From NCBI GenBank assembly GCA_020353515.1, contig CP070695.1, positions 4,439,248 to 4,503,247 of the forward strand: a stretch of 64,000 bases of DNA, given 5' to 3'. Both the position numbers and the translations under genes were made by a program. This DNA comes from Candidatus Heimdallarchaeota archaeon (GTDB lineage: Archaea; Asgardarchaeota; Heimdallarchaeia; Hodarchaeales; Hodarchaeaceae). Of this stretch, positions 10,478-20,026 are shown in pieces (the first letter of the stretch is position 1; each line of letters starts with the position of its first letter). The notes beneath the pieces are model-generated. The model was given only the letters and a program-made list of their open reading frames with translations. It ran no database searches and had not been told where the DNA came from.

Positions 10478-11029
10478 CTATTCTGTATCACCAATATGCC
10501 TGAAAAAAAGTTTAAGAAAGGCTGGAGTAGATTTACGAATGCGAAGAAACCATAATAGCAGTATTAATTCTCCTACGAGTAATATAAAGAGTATTGGATA
10601 AATTAGAAACGGGGTATCAGGTGTATTAAGGGCGATGATAGTGATAATTATGTGAATAACAATTATGAAAGAAACCATCCCAATCCCGATATTGATTCCC
10701 TGTAAAGCTAACGGTTTTCCTGTTTCTTTTTGTGAGAGGAAAGCTTCTTTTAATAAGGGTTGATCAGCTTCCATTATATCGCGATTGATAACATCTAATA
10801 TTTCAAGCGTTCTTTTTCCAAGAGGGGTAATGATATATTTGTTTTCTTCGTTTTTACTAACAAAACCTTTGATTTGATTCAAATGATAAGTGAGTTTTCC
10901 CGAAGAGATATCAAAGTGATTTAACAGATCAGTGAAGGTTTGTGGTTGGTTGAATATAATTCTTAAAGCTTCTCTACGTATATCATGAGCAATAGCTTGA
11001 ATTATAACTTTTTCTGAAGGAATAGACAT
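10478..11029 (-). CDS. Winged-helix (ArsR-like) transcription factor with two C-terminal TM helices
   Basis: AHDIRREAL...TFTDL...SSGKLTYHL...YIITPLG; C-terminal hydrophobic hairpin. Confidence 0.82.
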   Translation of the reverse strand: MSIPSEKVIIQAIAHDIRREALRIIFNQPQTFTDLLNHFDISSGKLTYHLNQIKGFVSKNEENKYIITPLGKRTLEILDVINRDIMEADQPLLKEAFLSQKETGKPLALQGINIGIGMVSFIIVIHIIITIIALNTPDTPFLIYPILFILLVGELILLLWFLRIRKSTPAFLKLFFRHIGDTE

Positions 11030-11351
11030 TATATTAACACCAACAGAACCATAAACAGAATCATTTTTATTATTTTTTGAAAAGAAAACTTTACAACCGT
11101 GCCAAATAAATTTTACAAAGGAATGGAGTATTGAAAAGAAAAATTTCCAAATTCATCATAATTTATTGTCAAACGATGTAAGTCTTCTCAATACATTTGA
11201 GGGAAGTAATTTCATGCTGTCATCTCAGATATAAATCTAAGATGTCTTTTCTATTAATTTTTTTAACTTGTCTGGATGATAGTGCAATAATTGGGAGAAT
11301 GATTTTTCAGGCTTTAGATGAGAGTTAGGAGTTATTTTTTCTAGCGGTTTT

Positions 11352-12125
11352 TTACTCTTTTTTTTTAATAATTTCAAAGAAATAGCTTTCTTGGACTATC
11401 ATTTCGTCTCTAATACTTACCATAATCCGTTTACTGATCTTATTGGCAGTTGAATAAAAATCTGGATCTGAATCACTCCATCCCTTTTTCCGATTGTATT
11501 TTTTGAAAAGAAGTGGTTTACAAAAGGAGATTGAAATAAACGACTTAAATTTAGGGACAATCTTTCCTTGACTTAATGCTTCGTGGGATCCATGAATATA
11601 CATTGGCACTACTGGGATCTTCCCGTTGAGTCTTAAAATAACTCGTCCAACTCCTGATTTTGCTTCTCGAATCAAATGATGATAGTCGTGTATAGGATTA
11701 CTAGGAATTCTTTTACCTTGTGGAGCTATAAGTACTGCTAAATTTTCTTTTAACAGTTTAATGGCATAATCGAGAGCTGGGTTTGGATCTTGTGAATAAA
11801 CTGGAAAAGCTCCAAGATATTTCAGCAAACCAAAGAATTTTTGCTCCATTGCTTTTCCACTTGCCATTAAACCACATGAAGTTCTATTTCCAAAGGGGTA
11901 CACCAATGCACTTGCAAAAATAAAGGTATCTAAATGGGATCTGTGATTAAAACAATAAATAACTGGGATTCCTTCAGGAAAATTGGTTGTATTTTCGATT
12001 CCATTTACTTCAAATCGAAAGTATCGACGTATAATTCGTGGAAGTATTAATTTAACAAATTGGTAAAATAACCTGTGTGGAAGCGACCATGACCGTGGGG
12101 TAGTTTTTGGAGGAAGAAGCAGCAT
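11352..12125 (-). CDS. plsC: Lysophospholipid acyltransferase (PlsC family)
   Basis: NHRSHLD (HX4D), GAFPV, IAPQGKR (FPEGTR variant), PVVPMYIHG; stop falls right after an A9 homopolymer. Confidence 0.82.
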   Translation of the reverse strand: MLLLPPKTTPRSWSLPHRLFYQFVKLILPRIIRRYFRFEVNGIENTTNFPEGIPVIYCFNHRSHLDTFIFASALVYPFGNRTSCGLMASGKAMEQKFFGLLKYLGAFPVYSQDPNPALDYAIKLLKENLAVLIAPQGKRIPSNPIHDYHHLIREAKSGVGRVILRLNGKIPVVPMYIHGSHEALSQGKIVPKFKSFISISFCKPLLFKKYNRKKGWSDSDPDFYSTANKISKRIMVSIRDEMIVQESYFFEIIKKKE

Positions 12126-12265
12126 CTCAGCTCCTTATTTACTAAAATTTGTTTCTTACAATCAGAACAAAAATCATTAATATATCGTTATTATATTATT
12201 ATCTAGAGCTCTTTTCAACCTCCTTTGCTCTAAGATAAATCAACACCCTTCATGTTGACAAGAAG

Positions 12266-12625
12266 ATGAAAAGTACTACCAAAAGAATAGATGAATTAGA
12301 ACAATTGATCAAATCTCTCATGTTAGAAATTCACAACAATATCAACTACTCTGTTAAAAACATTTCCCATCTGGAAAAAGACGTAGACTACCTTAAATCC
12401 CTTATGAAAATTGATACTCTCGATGAGAAAAACGCTCTTACTGATAAACTGGTAGATGTCTTACGGGAGTTTTCGTATCAATACAGTAAATGTCAAATTT
12501 GTGGGATTGATAAAATCCTTATCCAGTGTTCTGAGTGTAAAAGACATACGTGTATGTCATGTTTGAACGTGGTGACATCATCCTTGGGAAGGAAACAGTG
12601 TTTATATTGTGGCCATCGTGATTGA
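12266..12625 (+). CDS. Coiled-coil protein with C-terminal C8 zinc finger (FYVE-like spacing)
   Basis: Heptad-like N-terminus; CQIC-x8-CSEC-x4-CMSC-x12-CLYC. Confidence 0.65.
   Translation: MKSTTKRIDELEQLIKSLMLEIHNNINYSVKNISHLEKDVDYLKSLMKIDTLDEKNALTDKLVDVLREFSYQYSKCQICGIDKILIQCSECKRHTCMSCLNVVTSSLGRKQCLYCGHRD
12578..12608 (+). repeat. 31-bp direct repeat, copy 1 (3' end of Zn-finger gene)
   Basis: tcatccttgggaaggaaacagtgtttatatt; 30/31 identical to 15525-15555. Confidence 0.9.
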
Positions 12626-12627
12626 TT

Positions 12628-15405
12628 TTATTGCCACGAATTTATTCGGGCTGCTTTTTCAATAAATCCTGCAGATAAACTCTTCATACGAGCTTGTAAA
12701 AGAATTTGCCGTCCTTCTAAGGTTCGCGTGTAAATAAGCTCCATTTTACCAACATATTTAGCCCAATTTCTACCGAATTCTTGAGAATACTCTTTATTTG
12801 TTGCCAAGATTGTGGGAAGACCCAGATAATCCTGTCGTTTGAAAATTTTTCCCCAAATAGATCTACGTTTCAAGAGATAGCGGGGATTTTCAATTGGACT
12901 CAGAAGCTCCTCAAGGGCATCAAGGAAGATCGATTCCTCTCTTTTAGTGCAATTATGGATGTAGCATCTAACTGCACCTAAGTATATTTCATCTTTTTCG
13001 GTTTTTATAGTGATTTTCTTAAAGGGTGTTTTAATTTTCCTAATATTACAGAGAGATATCAGCAAAGCATTCGCAACCTGATTCATACTACCTTTCAAAG
13101 GACCATGTCTCAAAAAGAGCCACATAGCTTTGAGAAAATATGGTAGGAAGATTAAAAATCCAACAAGAATGCCAATAAGAACGAGGAGTAAAAGAAAATC
13201 CAGCTCACCTTGGAAACGTACCCTGCTTAATCCTCGAATGTAGAGGGTGAGAAAAAATAGCGAACTCATGATTCCTTGCCAAACAATAGCAGCAATAGTA
13301 TTTGTAAAGACATAAAAACGGGGTAAACTTGCTGGACTGGATCTAACCCCATGTACAAGTTTATAACCTTTATAAGATCGCAGGGCTTTCTCCCAGTCAT
13401 CTACCATCGATTCTCGGTCAACTGCCATTGTCTTGGTCAATTGGTTATAATTTTTTATTTCCTTAGTAGTTATAGGGGGTTTTTTAATATTCAATCGCTC
13501 AAGTCCATTCGAAATAATAGGCTTATCAAAAGCTACTCCGAGAAAACCATTGAAACGTCGCTGTAGAATATGAAAATCTCCTCCAATGGCTTTTCGATCA
13601 GGAAGAAACCCAATTCTTGCTTTAAATGAAGGTAAATCTAAACACACTAGATGCCAGATATTAGCGGTCTTATTGGGGGTTGTGGGGTCGATTCTTATGG
13701 CTCTACCTCGCATTTGGTTACTCAGCATAAAAGAACCCACAAAAGAAGCTAATATAAGAGAGTTGATCGAAGGAGCATCCCAACCTTCTCCTAAAAGTGA
13801 GGTTGTCCCCACTAAGACATTTAATCCCCCTTCAGTGAATAGTCGGGTAATCAGTTCAACACGCTTCCTTTTATCAGCACCTTTAAACCTTATATGAAGA
13901 TAGAATGGATCATGTTTACATTCTGTAATCGTTATTCGATCCAAGGGGATTTCTTCATCCTCTATGATCTGGTTAAATAGAAATTCGCTTACTCTGGGAA
14001 TGATTATTATCGACCCAGTCAACACTCCCAATTTTGGTTGAGTTCTTGTCAAATCCGAATTCAAGTAACGACGAATTTCTTCAAAAATGGGAATTACTCC
14101 TATTTTATTGATCGCAACCGCATCCTCGGGACTCTTTGGTAAGTATTCTTTTCGAATAAAATCTGTCAAAATGACCTGTCGTAACGACTCTCCAAGATGG
14201 GATGACTCTAAATCCACAATCTCAACTATACACTTTAGCTTAGATAAGCTTTGTTTTAAAATGCGTTCTATTTCTTCTACACCCTCCAAGTCTACTTTTC
14301 TTCTCTCAATCGCCCCCAAGGTTTTTAGTTGATCGTGGATCTGGGATAGGAAAGGGGGAAGATCTTCTAATGAAGGAAAGGAATTATACAACAAGCCTGT
14401 GAATAAAATCTCCAACCATACTAACGAGATTCTGGGTAAATCTTCTGATTCAGAATTTACAATTTTCAGAGTATTCTTGGGAATTGTCACCTCGATGCTA
14501 TTAAGATACACAAGCATACTGGAGAAGAAAGCTGGTTCTTCTAAAATGGCCTCTATGTGAGTAGATGGATTAGTAATCCATGGATGGAAGTATAAATAAT
14601 CTCTGAGGGAACCATCGTGATTAATTTCGCTAATAAGATTCCAGATCTTTTTTCTAAAGCGCAAGATTTCTGTTGATTCATCATCGGTTGGTGTGGAAAA
14701 AAGCACATAATCCTGGTGATAACATAGATTTCTTGCTTTTACAAGCTCAGGAACACTGACTTCAGTATCAGCTGGACCACATAACTGGGTATAACGTTCC
14801 CATTCTGCTGGTAAAACATCATACGGAGGTGTTGCAGTCAAAGAAACAATGGTACTAGGAGATAAATGCTGAATCACTTCCTGTAAGGTCACCCACCAGT
14901 TCCTTCGCAGATGATGGGCTTCATCAACAACGATAGTCCTCACATTTTGGCTTTTTAAGAGATCAATTACGTCAAAATTCCGAGTCGATCGTTTACGGGG
15001 TTTTTTTACTTCATCCCCTAGTACTTCATGATCCTCTTTGAGATACATGGCACTATAGAGCCCTTGATACGTGGAAACGGTTAAAAATCGTGGATCTTTA
15101 ATGTTATCAGAAATCCAAGATGGTTTCTGTTTATCAGGAATAAAATGAGTTACAAATCGGTCGACCCATTGATTCTTTATAGCAATTGTAGGTGCAAAAA
15201 TAATAGTAGGTTTGTTGAGTCGTAAAATGACTTCTAAACCTATTATTGTCTTACCTGATCCAGGTGCTGCCACGATATGAAGACGAGAATCATCTAAATA
15301 CCTTTCTAATTCCAATAAAATTCGTTCTTGATAAGGACGCCATGGATATTGGAATCTCAGATTCGAAGGAAATTGAGCCATAAAGTCTCCATTCATAGTA
15401 TTCAC
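12628..15405 (-). CDS. SF2 DEAD/DEAH-box helicase (ResIII-like) with C-terminal membrane hairpin
   Basis: RPYQ, APGSGKT, DEAHH, TATPP, LGEGWD, QMRGRAIR; two hydrophobic helices near aa 700-765. Confidence 0.9.
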   Translation of the reverse strand: MNTMNGDFMAQFPSNLRFQYPWRPYQERILLELERYLDDSRLHIVAAPGSGKTIIGLEVILRLNKPTIIFAPTIAIKNQWVDRFVTHFIPDKQKPSWISDNIKDPRFLTVSTYQGLYSAMYLKEDHEVLGDEVKKPRKRSTRNFDVIDLLKSQNVRTIVVDEAHHLRRNWWVTLQEVIQHLSPSTIVSLTATPPYDVLPAEWERYTQLCGPADTEVSVPELVKARNLCYHQDYVLFSTPTDDESTEILRFRKKIWNLISEINHDGSLRDYLYFHPWITNPSTHIEAILEEPAFFSSMLVYLNSIEVTIPKNTLKIVNSESEDLPRISLVWLEILFTGLLYNSFPSLEDLPPFLSQIHDQLKTLGAIERRKVDLEGVEEIERILKQSLSKLKCIVEIVDLESSHLGESLRQVILTDFIRKEYLPKSPEDAVAINKIGVIPIFEEIRRYLNSDLTRTQPKLGVLTGSIIIIPRVSEFLFNQIIEDEEIPLDRITITECKHDPFYLHIRFKGADKRKRVELITRLFTEGGLNVLVGTTSLLGEGWDAPSINSLILASFVGSFMLSNQMRGRAIRIDPTTPNKTANIWHLVCLDLPSFKARIGFLPDRKAIGGDFHILQRRFNGFLGVAFDKPIISNGLERLNIKKPPITTKEIKNYNQLTKTMAVDRESMVDDWEKALRSYKGYKLVHGVRSSPASLPRFYVFTNTIAAIVWQGIMSSLFFLTLYIRGLSRVRFQGELDFLLLLVLIGILVGFLIFLPYFLKAMWLFLRHGPLKGSMNQVANALLISLCNIRKIKTPFKKITIKTEKDEIYLGAVRCYIHNCTKREESIFLDALEELLSPIENPRYLLKRRSIWGKIFKRQDYLGLPTILATNKEYSQEFGRNWAKYVGKMELIYTRTLEGRQILLQARMKSLSAGFIEKAARINSWQ

Positions 15406-15524
15406 TGTAATTTCTCCTCCTCTTTATATATTTAAGCGTTGGAAAAAAACGGTCAGCGGTCTAGAGCTTCTTGAAATAATAATTCAAAAATCATTTGAAA
15501 AGATGGATTTTGAATTTCTATAGC

Positions 15525-15555
15525 TCATCCTTAGGAAGGAAACAGTGTTTATATT
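15525..15555 (+). repeat. 31-bp direct repeat, copy 2
   Basis: tcatccttaggaaggaaacagtgtttatatt; reads SSLGRKQCLYFE* in the homologous frame. Confidence 0.9.
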
Positions 15556-15840
15556 TTGAGTAATTTTACTTTACCTTATATAGATGTGATTTGCATCTTA
15601 ATCTCTGGAAGGATAATTAAACTAATAGAAGGTTCTTTAGTATATGCATATGAGAACTAGAGGATACAAAATCAATGGATGACCAAGATTTAAAAATTGG
15701 TTGTGAACTTGAATCAACCTTCTGGATAATAAAAATCAAGAAAATAGCAGGATATCTTTAACCACAGGATTAACTCTATAAATTCAATGACTGAATTTAC
15801 TAAAAAGGCTTCATGAATTTATATCTGGATTTGTAGGACA

Positions 15841-16575
15841 TTGGTAACTTTAACAGATATACTACACCCAACTCGATTGAAAATACTGGAGATATTGGGA
15901 GAGGGATCTCAGGCTCTTGCTACCATTGCACGAGGTCTTGACCTGTCTAAGCCTGAAATATCACGCCACTTAACAAGGATGCGGGAACTAAACTTAGTTG
16001 AAAAAAAGGATAAAGTTCATCAGTTGACAAATTTAGGTGAAGTTATCCTAAATTTAACCTCACCGATTGAATTTGTAATTCATAATTATGATTATTTTAT
16101 GAATCACAAGATCGATCTACCGACTTCTCTCATTCGAGATATTGATTCTCTGATGAATAGTGAGCTGATGTCTGGAACTGGGTACTTAATGTCTAAAATG
16201 GATGAATTTCGTTCAAATATTACCAATGAAGTTAAAATGATGATCGATCAGCCTTTTCCTGGGACTAGTGTCTATATTGAGAAAGCCTTGCTAATTGTTC
16301 CTTCGTATGCTAAGTCAGAAAACCTTAATCTAGAAATATTACAAGAATATTGTAAATATTTTGAAATTCGTACACTTCCAATCGTTAATCTTACCCTAGG
16401 AATTCTTGACCGAAAATATGGTTTCCTATTATTCCCTGATAGAATAATTGGAAAAATTGATTACAATCATGCTTTTACTGTTGGGGATGAAATGGGATTG
16501 GACTTTCTATCAAGAATATGGGATTATTTTTGGGAAAAGGCCAAACTAAGAGTGAAGTCTTCTGAGCAAGTTTAG
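15841..16575 (+). CDS. Archaeal ArsR-like wHTH transcriptional regulator with C-terminal effector domain
   Basis: HPTRLKILE...SKPEISRHL..LTNLG; C-terminal GKIDY...WDYFW typical of archaeal DUF1724-like regulators. Confidence 0.8.
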   Translation: MVTLTDILHPTRLKILEILGEGSQALATIARGLDLSKPEISRHLTRMRELNLVEKKDKVHQLTNLGEVILNLTSPIEFVIHNYDYFMNHKIDLPTSLIRDIDSLMNSELMSGTGYLMSKMDEFRSNITNEVKMMIDQPFPGTSVYIEKALLIVPSYAKSENLNLEILQEYCKYFEIRTLPIVNLTLGILDRKYGFLLFPDRIIGKIDYNHAFTVGDEMGLDFLSRIWDYFWEKAKLRVKSSEQV

Positions 16576-16599
16576 CATTTTTAGAAATCATTTCATACT

Positions 16600-16902
16600 T
16601 TGAAAAAAGTGCCAAAACTGTCAAAGAAAGTTTTTAATGATGTACTTTTCTCATATTTCCTGCATATGTCAGATAATCACCATATCGATTTCACTGTAGT
16701 CAAATTGCAAGATGAATCTCCATTTAAAATGGAGATAAATGAAACGAGCTTTTCTTTAACTGCTAATCTTGGAAAACTTGTACTTGTTTCATTCTCTGAA
16801 GAAATTCTTACACTTCAATTTGACAAAGGACATCTACGAATCGATATGACCTTTGAAGACATCTATCGATATTTTAACTTAAAGGAAATAAAAAAGGAGT
16901 AA
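16600..16902 (+). CDS. Small hypothetical protein
   Basis: ANLGKL...LTLQFDKGHLRIDM; true start probably the internal ATG (MSDNHH); operon position. Confidence 0.55.
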   Translation: MKKVPKLSKKVFNDVLFSYFLHMSDNHHIDFTVVKLQDESPFKMEINETSFSLTANLGKLVLVSFSEEILTLQFDKGHLRIDMTFEDIYRYFNLKEIKKE

Positions 16903-16908
16903 TGAATT

Positions 16909-17295
16909 ATGGAAATTAATTGGCATCTTATATTTGTAATAGCGGTCGTGGCTCATGGAATTGGGCACACGCTAGGGTTAATACACACATTCGGACTAAT
17001 ACATTTGACTGATATACCAACGAATGAATCTTGGTTATTATCCAAGCAACTTAAGTTTGACCAGACACTCATTCAGATTATTTCTCTTCTGTGGCTTGTC
17101 GTTGTGCTGGGGTTTCTTGTCGTAGCGGGAGCTTTCTGGTTTGAGTTAAGTTGGTGGAGAATTCTAGCTGTACCGATGATTATCCTCTCGGTAGCATTAT
17201 TCATAGTATGGTTTAACTCATTTCCTATTAACACACAAATAGGAGCTGCTATAGGAAATATCGTTATCATTATAGGGCTATTACAGTTCAATTAG
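16909..17295 (+). CDS. 4-TM membrane protein
   Basis: AHGIGH motif, four hydrophobic helices, aaggag upstream. Confidence 0.7.
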   Translation: MEINWHLIFVIAVVAHGIGHTLGLIHTFGLIHLTDIPTNESWLLSKQLKFDQTLIQIISLLWLVVVLGFLVVAGAFWFELSWWRILAVPMIILSVALFIVWFNSFPINTQIGAAIGNIVIIIGLLQFN

Positions 17296-17325
17296 TATAG
17301 AATTCCTAAGATAAGATGATGAAAT

Positions 17326-18846
17326 ATGGTAAAAACAGTAATAATAATTGGTGCTGGGATTGCAGGTCTATCTGTTGGTTGTTACTTACAAATGAATGGG
17401 TTTTCTACACAAATATATGAACAGCATAACATCCCAGGAGGTTGCGCTACTTCATGGAATAGAAAGGGATACCATATTGGAGGAAGTATACATGGGCTTG
17501 TTGGATCTTCTCCGAGTTCTCCGATGTATAAAATCTGGAATGAGATTGTCGATATGGAAAAGGTTGAATTTCATAACTTTAAAAGTCGGATGCGCCTTCA
17601 TTATAAGGAAAACGGAGATTTTAAACAAATAGATATTCCGTCTAACATAAATGACCTCCAAGACACCCTACTAAACATTTCACCTGAAGATAAAAGTGCT
17701 ATTGATGAATTTATTAACGCAATTCGCTATTTTCAAAAATCGGATATGTTTTCAAAAACAATAAGCAAACCCCGCGAGTTCTATAACATCTTAGATGTTG
17801 TTAAGATGATCCCCCAGTTACCTACCCTTCGTTTCATGAAAAAGTGGTACAAACTTACGGCTAACCAGTATTCGAAACATTTTTCTAATCCTATTTTACA
17901 AAAAATCGTAAAGAATCTCTCTTCTCCAATATTATTTGAAATTCTTGTCCTTGCTGAGATGGATAGAAGAAATTCTGGATTTCCAATCGAAGGCGCCCTA
18001 GAATTTAGCAAAATGATCGAGAAGACATATTTAGAATTAGGTGGGAAAATATTTTACAACAAAAGAGTGGTGGAAATTAATGTATCAACATTTCCTCATT
18101 CAAAACAAGATTTTGTTACTGGAATTTCTTTACAGAATGGAGAAACCATTAATGTCGATATTGTTATTTCCGCAATGGATGGAAAAACCATCATCTATAA
18201 AATGTTGAATGGAAAATATCTGAATAATGATATAAAAGAAACTTATGGAAAAACTAAATTAAATCCGTCAAGGATTTTTATCTCTCTTGGATTAACAAAA
18301 CGAATTACGTCTGGGTCAGGAGTTGACAGGATTTTACTAGAAAAACCACTTTTGCTGCCAGATGGAACTGAAATTAAGGCAATTGATATTCGAATATTTG
18401 ATTTCAATAGTTTTGCGCCAGAAGGAAAAACCTTGGTAAATGTAGAATTCTCAACACATGAATATGCCTATTGGGCTGAATTACGTGAGAAAGATAGAGA
18501 AATTTACAAAAAGAAAAAACAAATAATAGTAGATACAGTCATTGAAAACATGGAAAAGGTTTTTGGTGAAATAATACAACATGTTGATATGGTAGATGTT
18601 GCCACTCCCGCAACTTTCCATAGATATACTAGTAATTGGAAAGGGTCAATTCAAGGTTGGGATAATGAAAACATTTTTTCACGGAAATTTATTAAAAAAG
18701 AGTTACCAAACCTAAAGAATTTCTACATGACTGGACAATGGGTGCAACCTGGAGGAGGAGTCCCAGCAGTTTTTCTTAATGGCCGAGATTTAGCGAAAAT
18801 TATCTGTAAACGGGAAAATCAAGAATTTTCCGTTTTTACCTCCTAA
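17326..18846 (+). CDS. FAD-dependent oxidoreductase, phytoene desaturase-like family
   Basis: IIGAGIAGL, EQHNIPGG, DVATPATFHRYT.NWKGS, FYMTGQWVQPGGGVP. Confidence 0.88.
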   Translation: MVKTVIIIGAGIAGLSVGCYLQMNGFSTQIYEQHNIPGGCATSWNRKGYHIGGSIHGLVGSSPSSPMYKIWNEIVDMEKVEFHNFKSRMRLHYKENGDFKQIDIPSNINDLQDTLLNISPEDKSAIDEFINAIRYFQKSDMFSKTISKPREFYNILDVVKMIPQLPTLRFMKKWYKLTANQYSKHFSNPILQKIVKNLSSPILFEILVLAEMDRRNSGFPIEGALEFSKMIEKTYLELGGKIFYNKRVVEINVSTFPHSKQDFVTGISLQNGETINVDIVISAMDGKTIIYKMLNGKYLNNDIKETYGKTKLNPSRIFISLGLTKRITSGSGVDRILLEKPLLLPDGTEIKAIDIRIFDFNSFAPEGKTLVNVEFSTHEYAYWAELREKDREIYKKKKQIIVDTVIENMEKVFGEIIQHVDMVDVATPATFHRYTSNWKGSIQGWDNENIFSRKFIKKELPNLKNFYMTGQWVQPGGGVPAVFLNGRDLAKIICKRENQEFSVFTS

Positions 18847-18908
18847 TCTTTTGGTTCCTTCCTTTTTTTAGATAAAATAACAAAGAGAAATGGAACATAA
18901 GATCTACT

Positions 18909-19823
18909 TCATAGAATCAGAAAAATGGCTCCAATTACTATGAGTATCATACCAGGTAACCGTTCTTTAATTTCCTCTTTTAAAATTAATCTAGCTAGGA
19001 AGGCAGTTACAAAAACTGATAATAAGGATGCGGGTTCCGCGACTGTTACTTCTAATCCTGCGATAGCAATAAGCAGCATAACATAAGCCCATCCATTAGC
19101 AATACCAGCGAAAATAACAGTCTTGAGATTGTTTTTCAAGGCAAGAAAACCATCAGAATATCGTCTGGTAAAGCATGCAATTAGGAAGAAAAATACTCCA
19201 GCAAAAAATAGAATGGAGAAAGCATACACTCTTGAATCAATCGTTCTTATAGCATAAGTATCAATTATCCGTCCAAGTGCTAAGAAGAACGACCCCCCTA
19301 TCATCAATAGAGATGCCCTTGATGCCTTAATCTTCTGGATTTTTTCAGCAATTTTACCAGGATATAGGAAAAAAACCCCAATGAACATTGAAATCCCTCC
19401 TAATACTCGAAATACTCCGATATTCTCATCAAGAAAAATGATACTCAATATTAATAACCAGAGTAGAGAGGAATTATAGAGAGGAGCAATTAATGAAGCG
19501 TCCTCTTCTGATAATGCTTTCACATAAGCAAAAAAGCCAAAAGTGTAAACAATTGAACTGATAAAGGCAAGTTGTAAATCTTCTAACCCTGTGAAAAGTG
19601 TTTCTTTAGGAATCACGAGAAGGATTGGGAATAAGAATAAGGATCCTGTTAAGAAAAATAAAGTACTGATTATCACTGAATCGTAATCTTCAAGTTGTTT
19701 TAAGAAGATCCTTTCAGAACCTAACAAGAATATTCGTAAGAATAGAGCGAAAAAAGCAATAATAATCAGATCCAAGTGATTAAATCTCCTAATGTTATCA
19801 GTACAATTGCATAATATCAACAA
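18909..19823 (-). CDS. EamA/DMT family transporter
   Basis: 10 TM with internal duplication (ASLIAPL / VTVAEPA, LDE / LKE); real start probably TTG near 19775. Confidence 0.87.
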   Translation of the reverse strand: MLILCNCTDNIRRFNHLDLIIIAFFALFLRIFLLGSERIFLKQLEDYDSVIISTLFFLTGSLFLFPILLVIPKETLFTGLEDLQLAFISSIVYTFGFFAYVKALSEEDASLIAPLYNSSLLWLLILSIIFLDENIGVFRVLGGISMFIGVFFLYPGKIAEKIQKIKASRASLLMIGGSFFLALGRIIDTYAIRTIDSRVYAFSILFFAGVFFFLIACFTRRYSDGFLALKNNLKTVIFAGIANGWAYVMLLIAIAGLEVTVAEPASLLSVFVTAFLARLILKEEIKERLPGMILIVIGAIFLIL

Positions 19824-19834
19824 TCTTAAATTGG

Positions 19835-19876
19835 GAAAAGAAAATCGGTTGCATATGCAACTACATTATAAAAATA
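19835..19876 (-). promoter_or_regulatory. TATA-like box plus palindromic operator upstream of EamA
   Basis: Perfect palindrome gttgcatatgcaac at 19848-19861 next to minus-strand TTTTATAA; near-copy at 20821-20860. Confidence 0.65.
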
Positions 19877-20026
19877 CGGTTCCTGTTTCCAAATATTTCA
19901 TGGAGGAGAGTAGTGACTAGTTAAATCAAGAAGAAATAACTATTTGGATTTTATTTATATTTCGTCTCGTATGCACCAGGACAAGGATTTAAATTCAGTA
20001 TTGCGATAATTAAATATTACTAAGGT

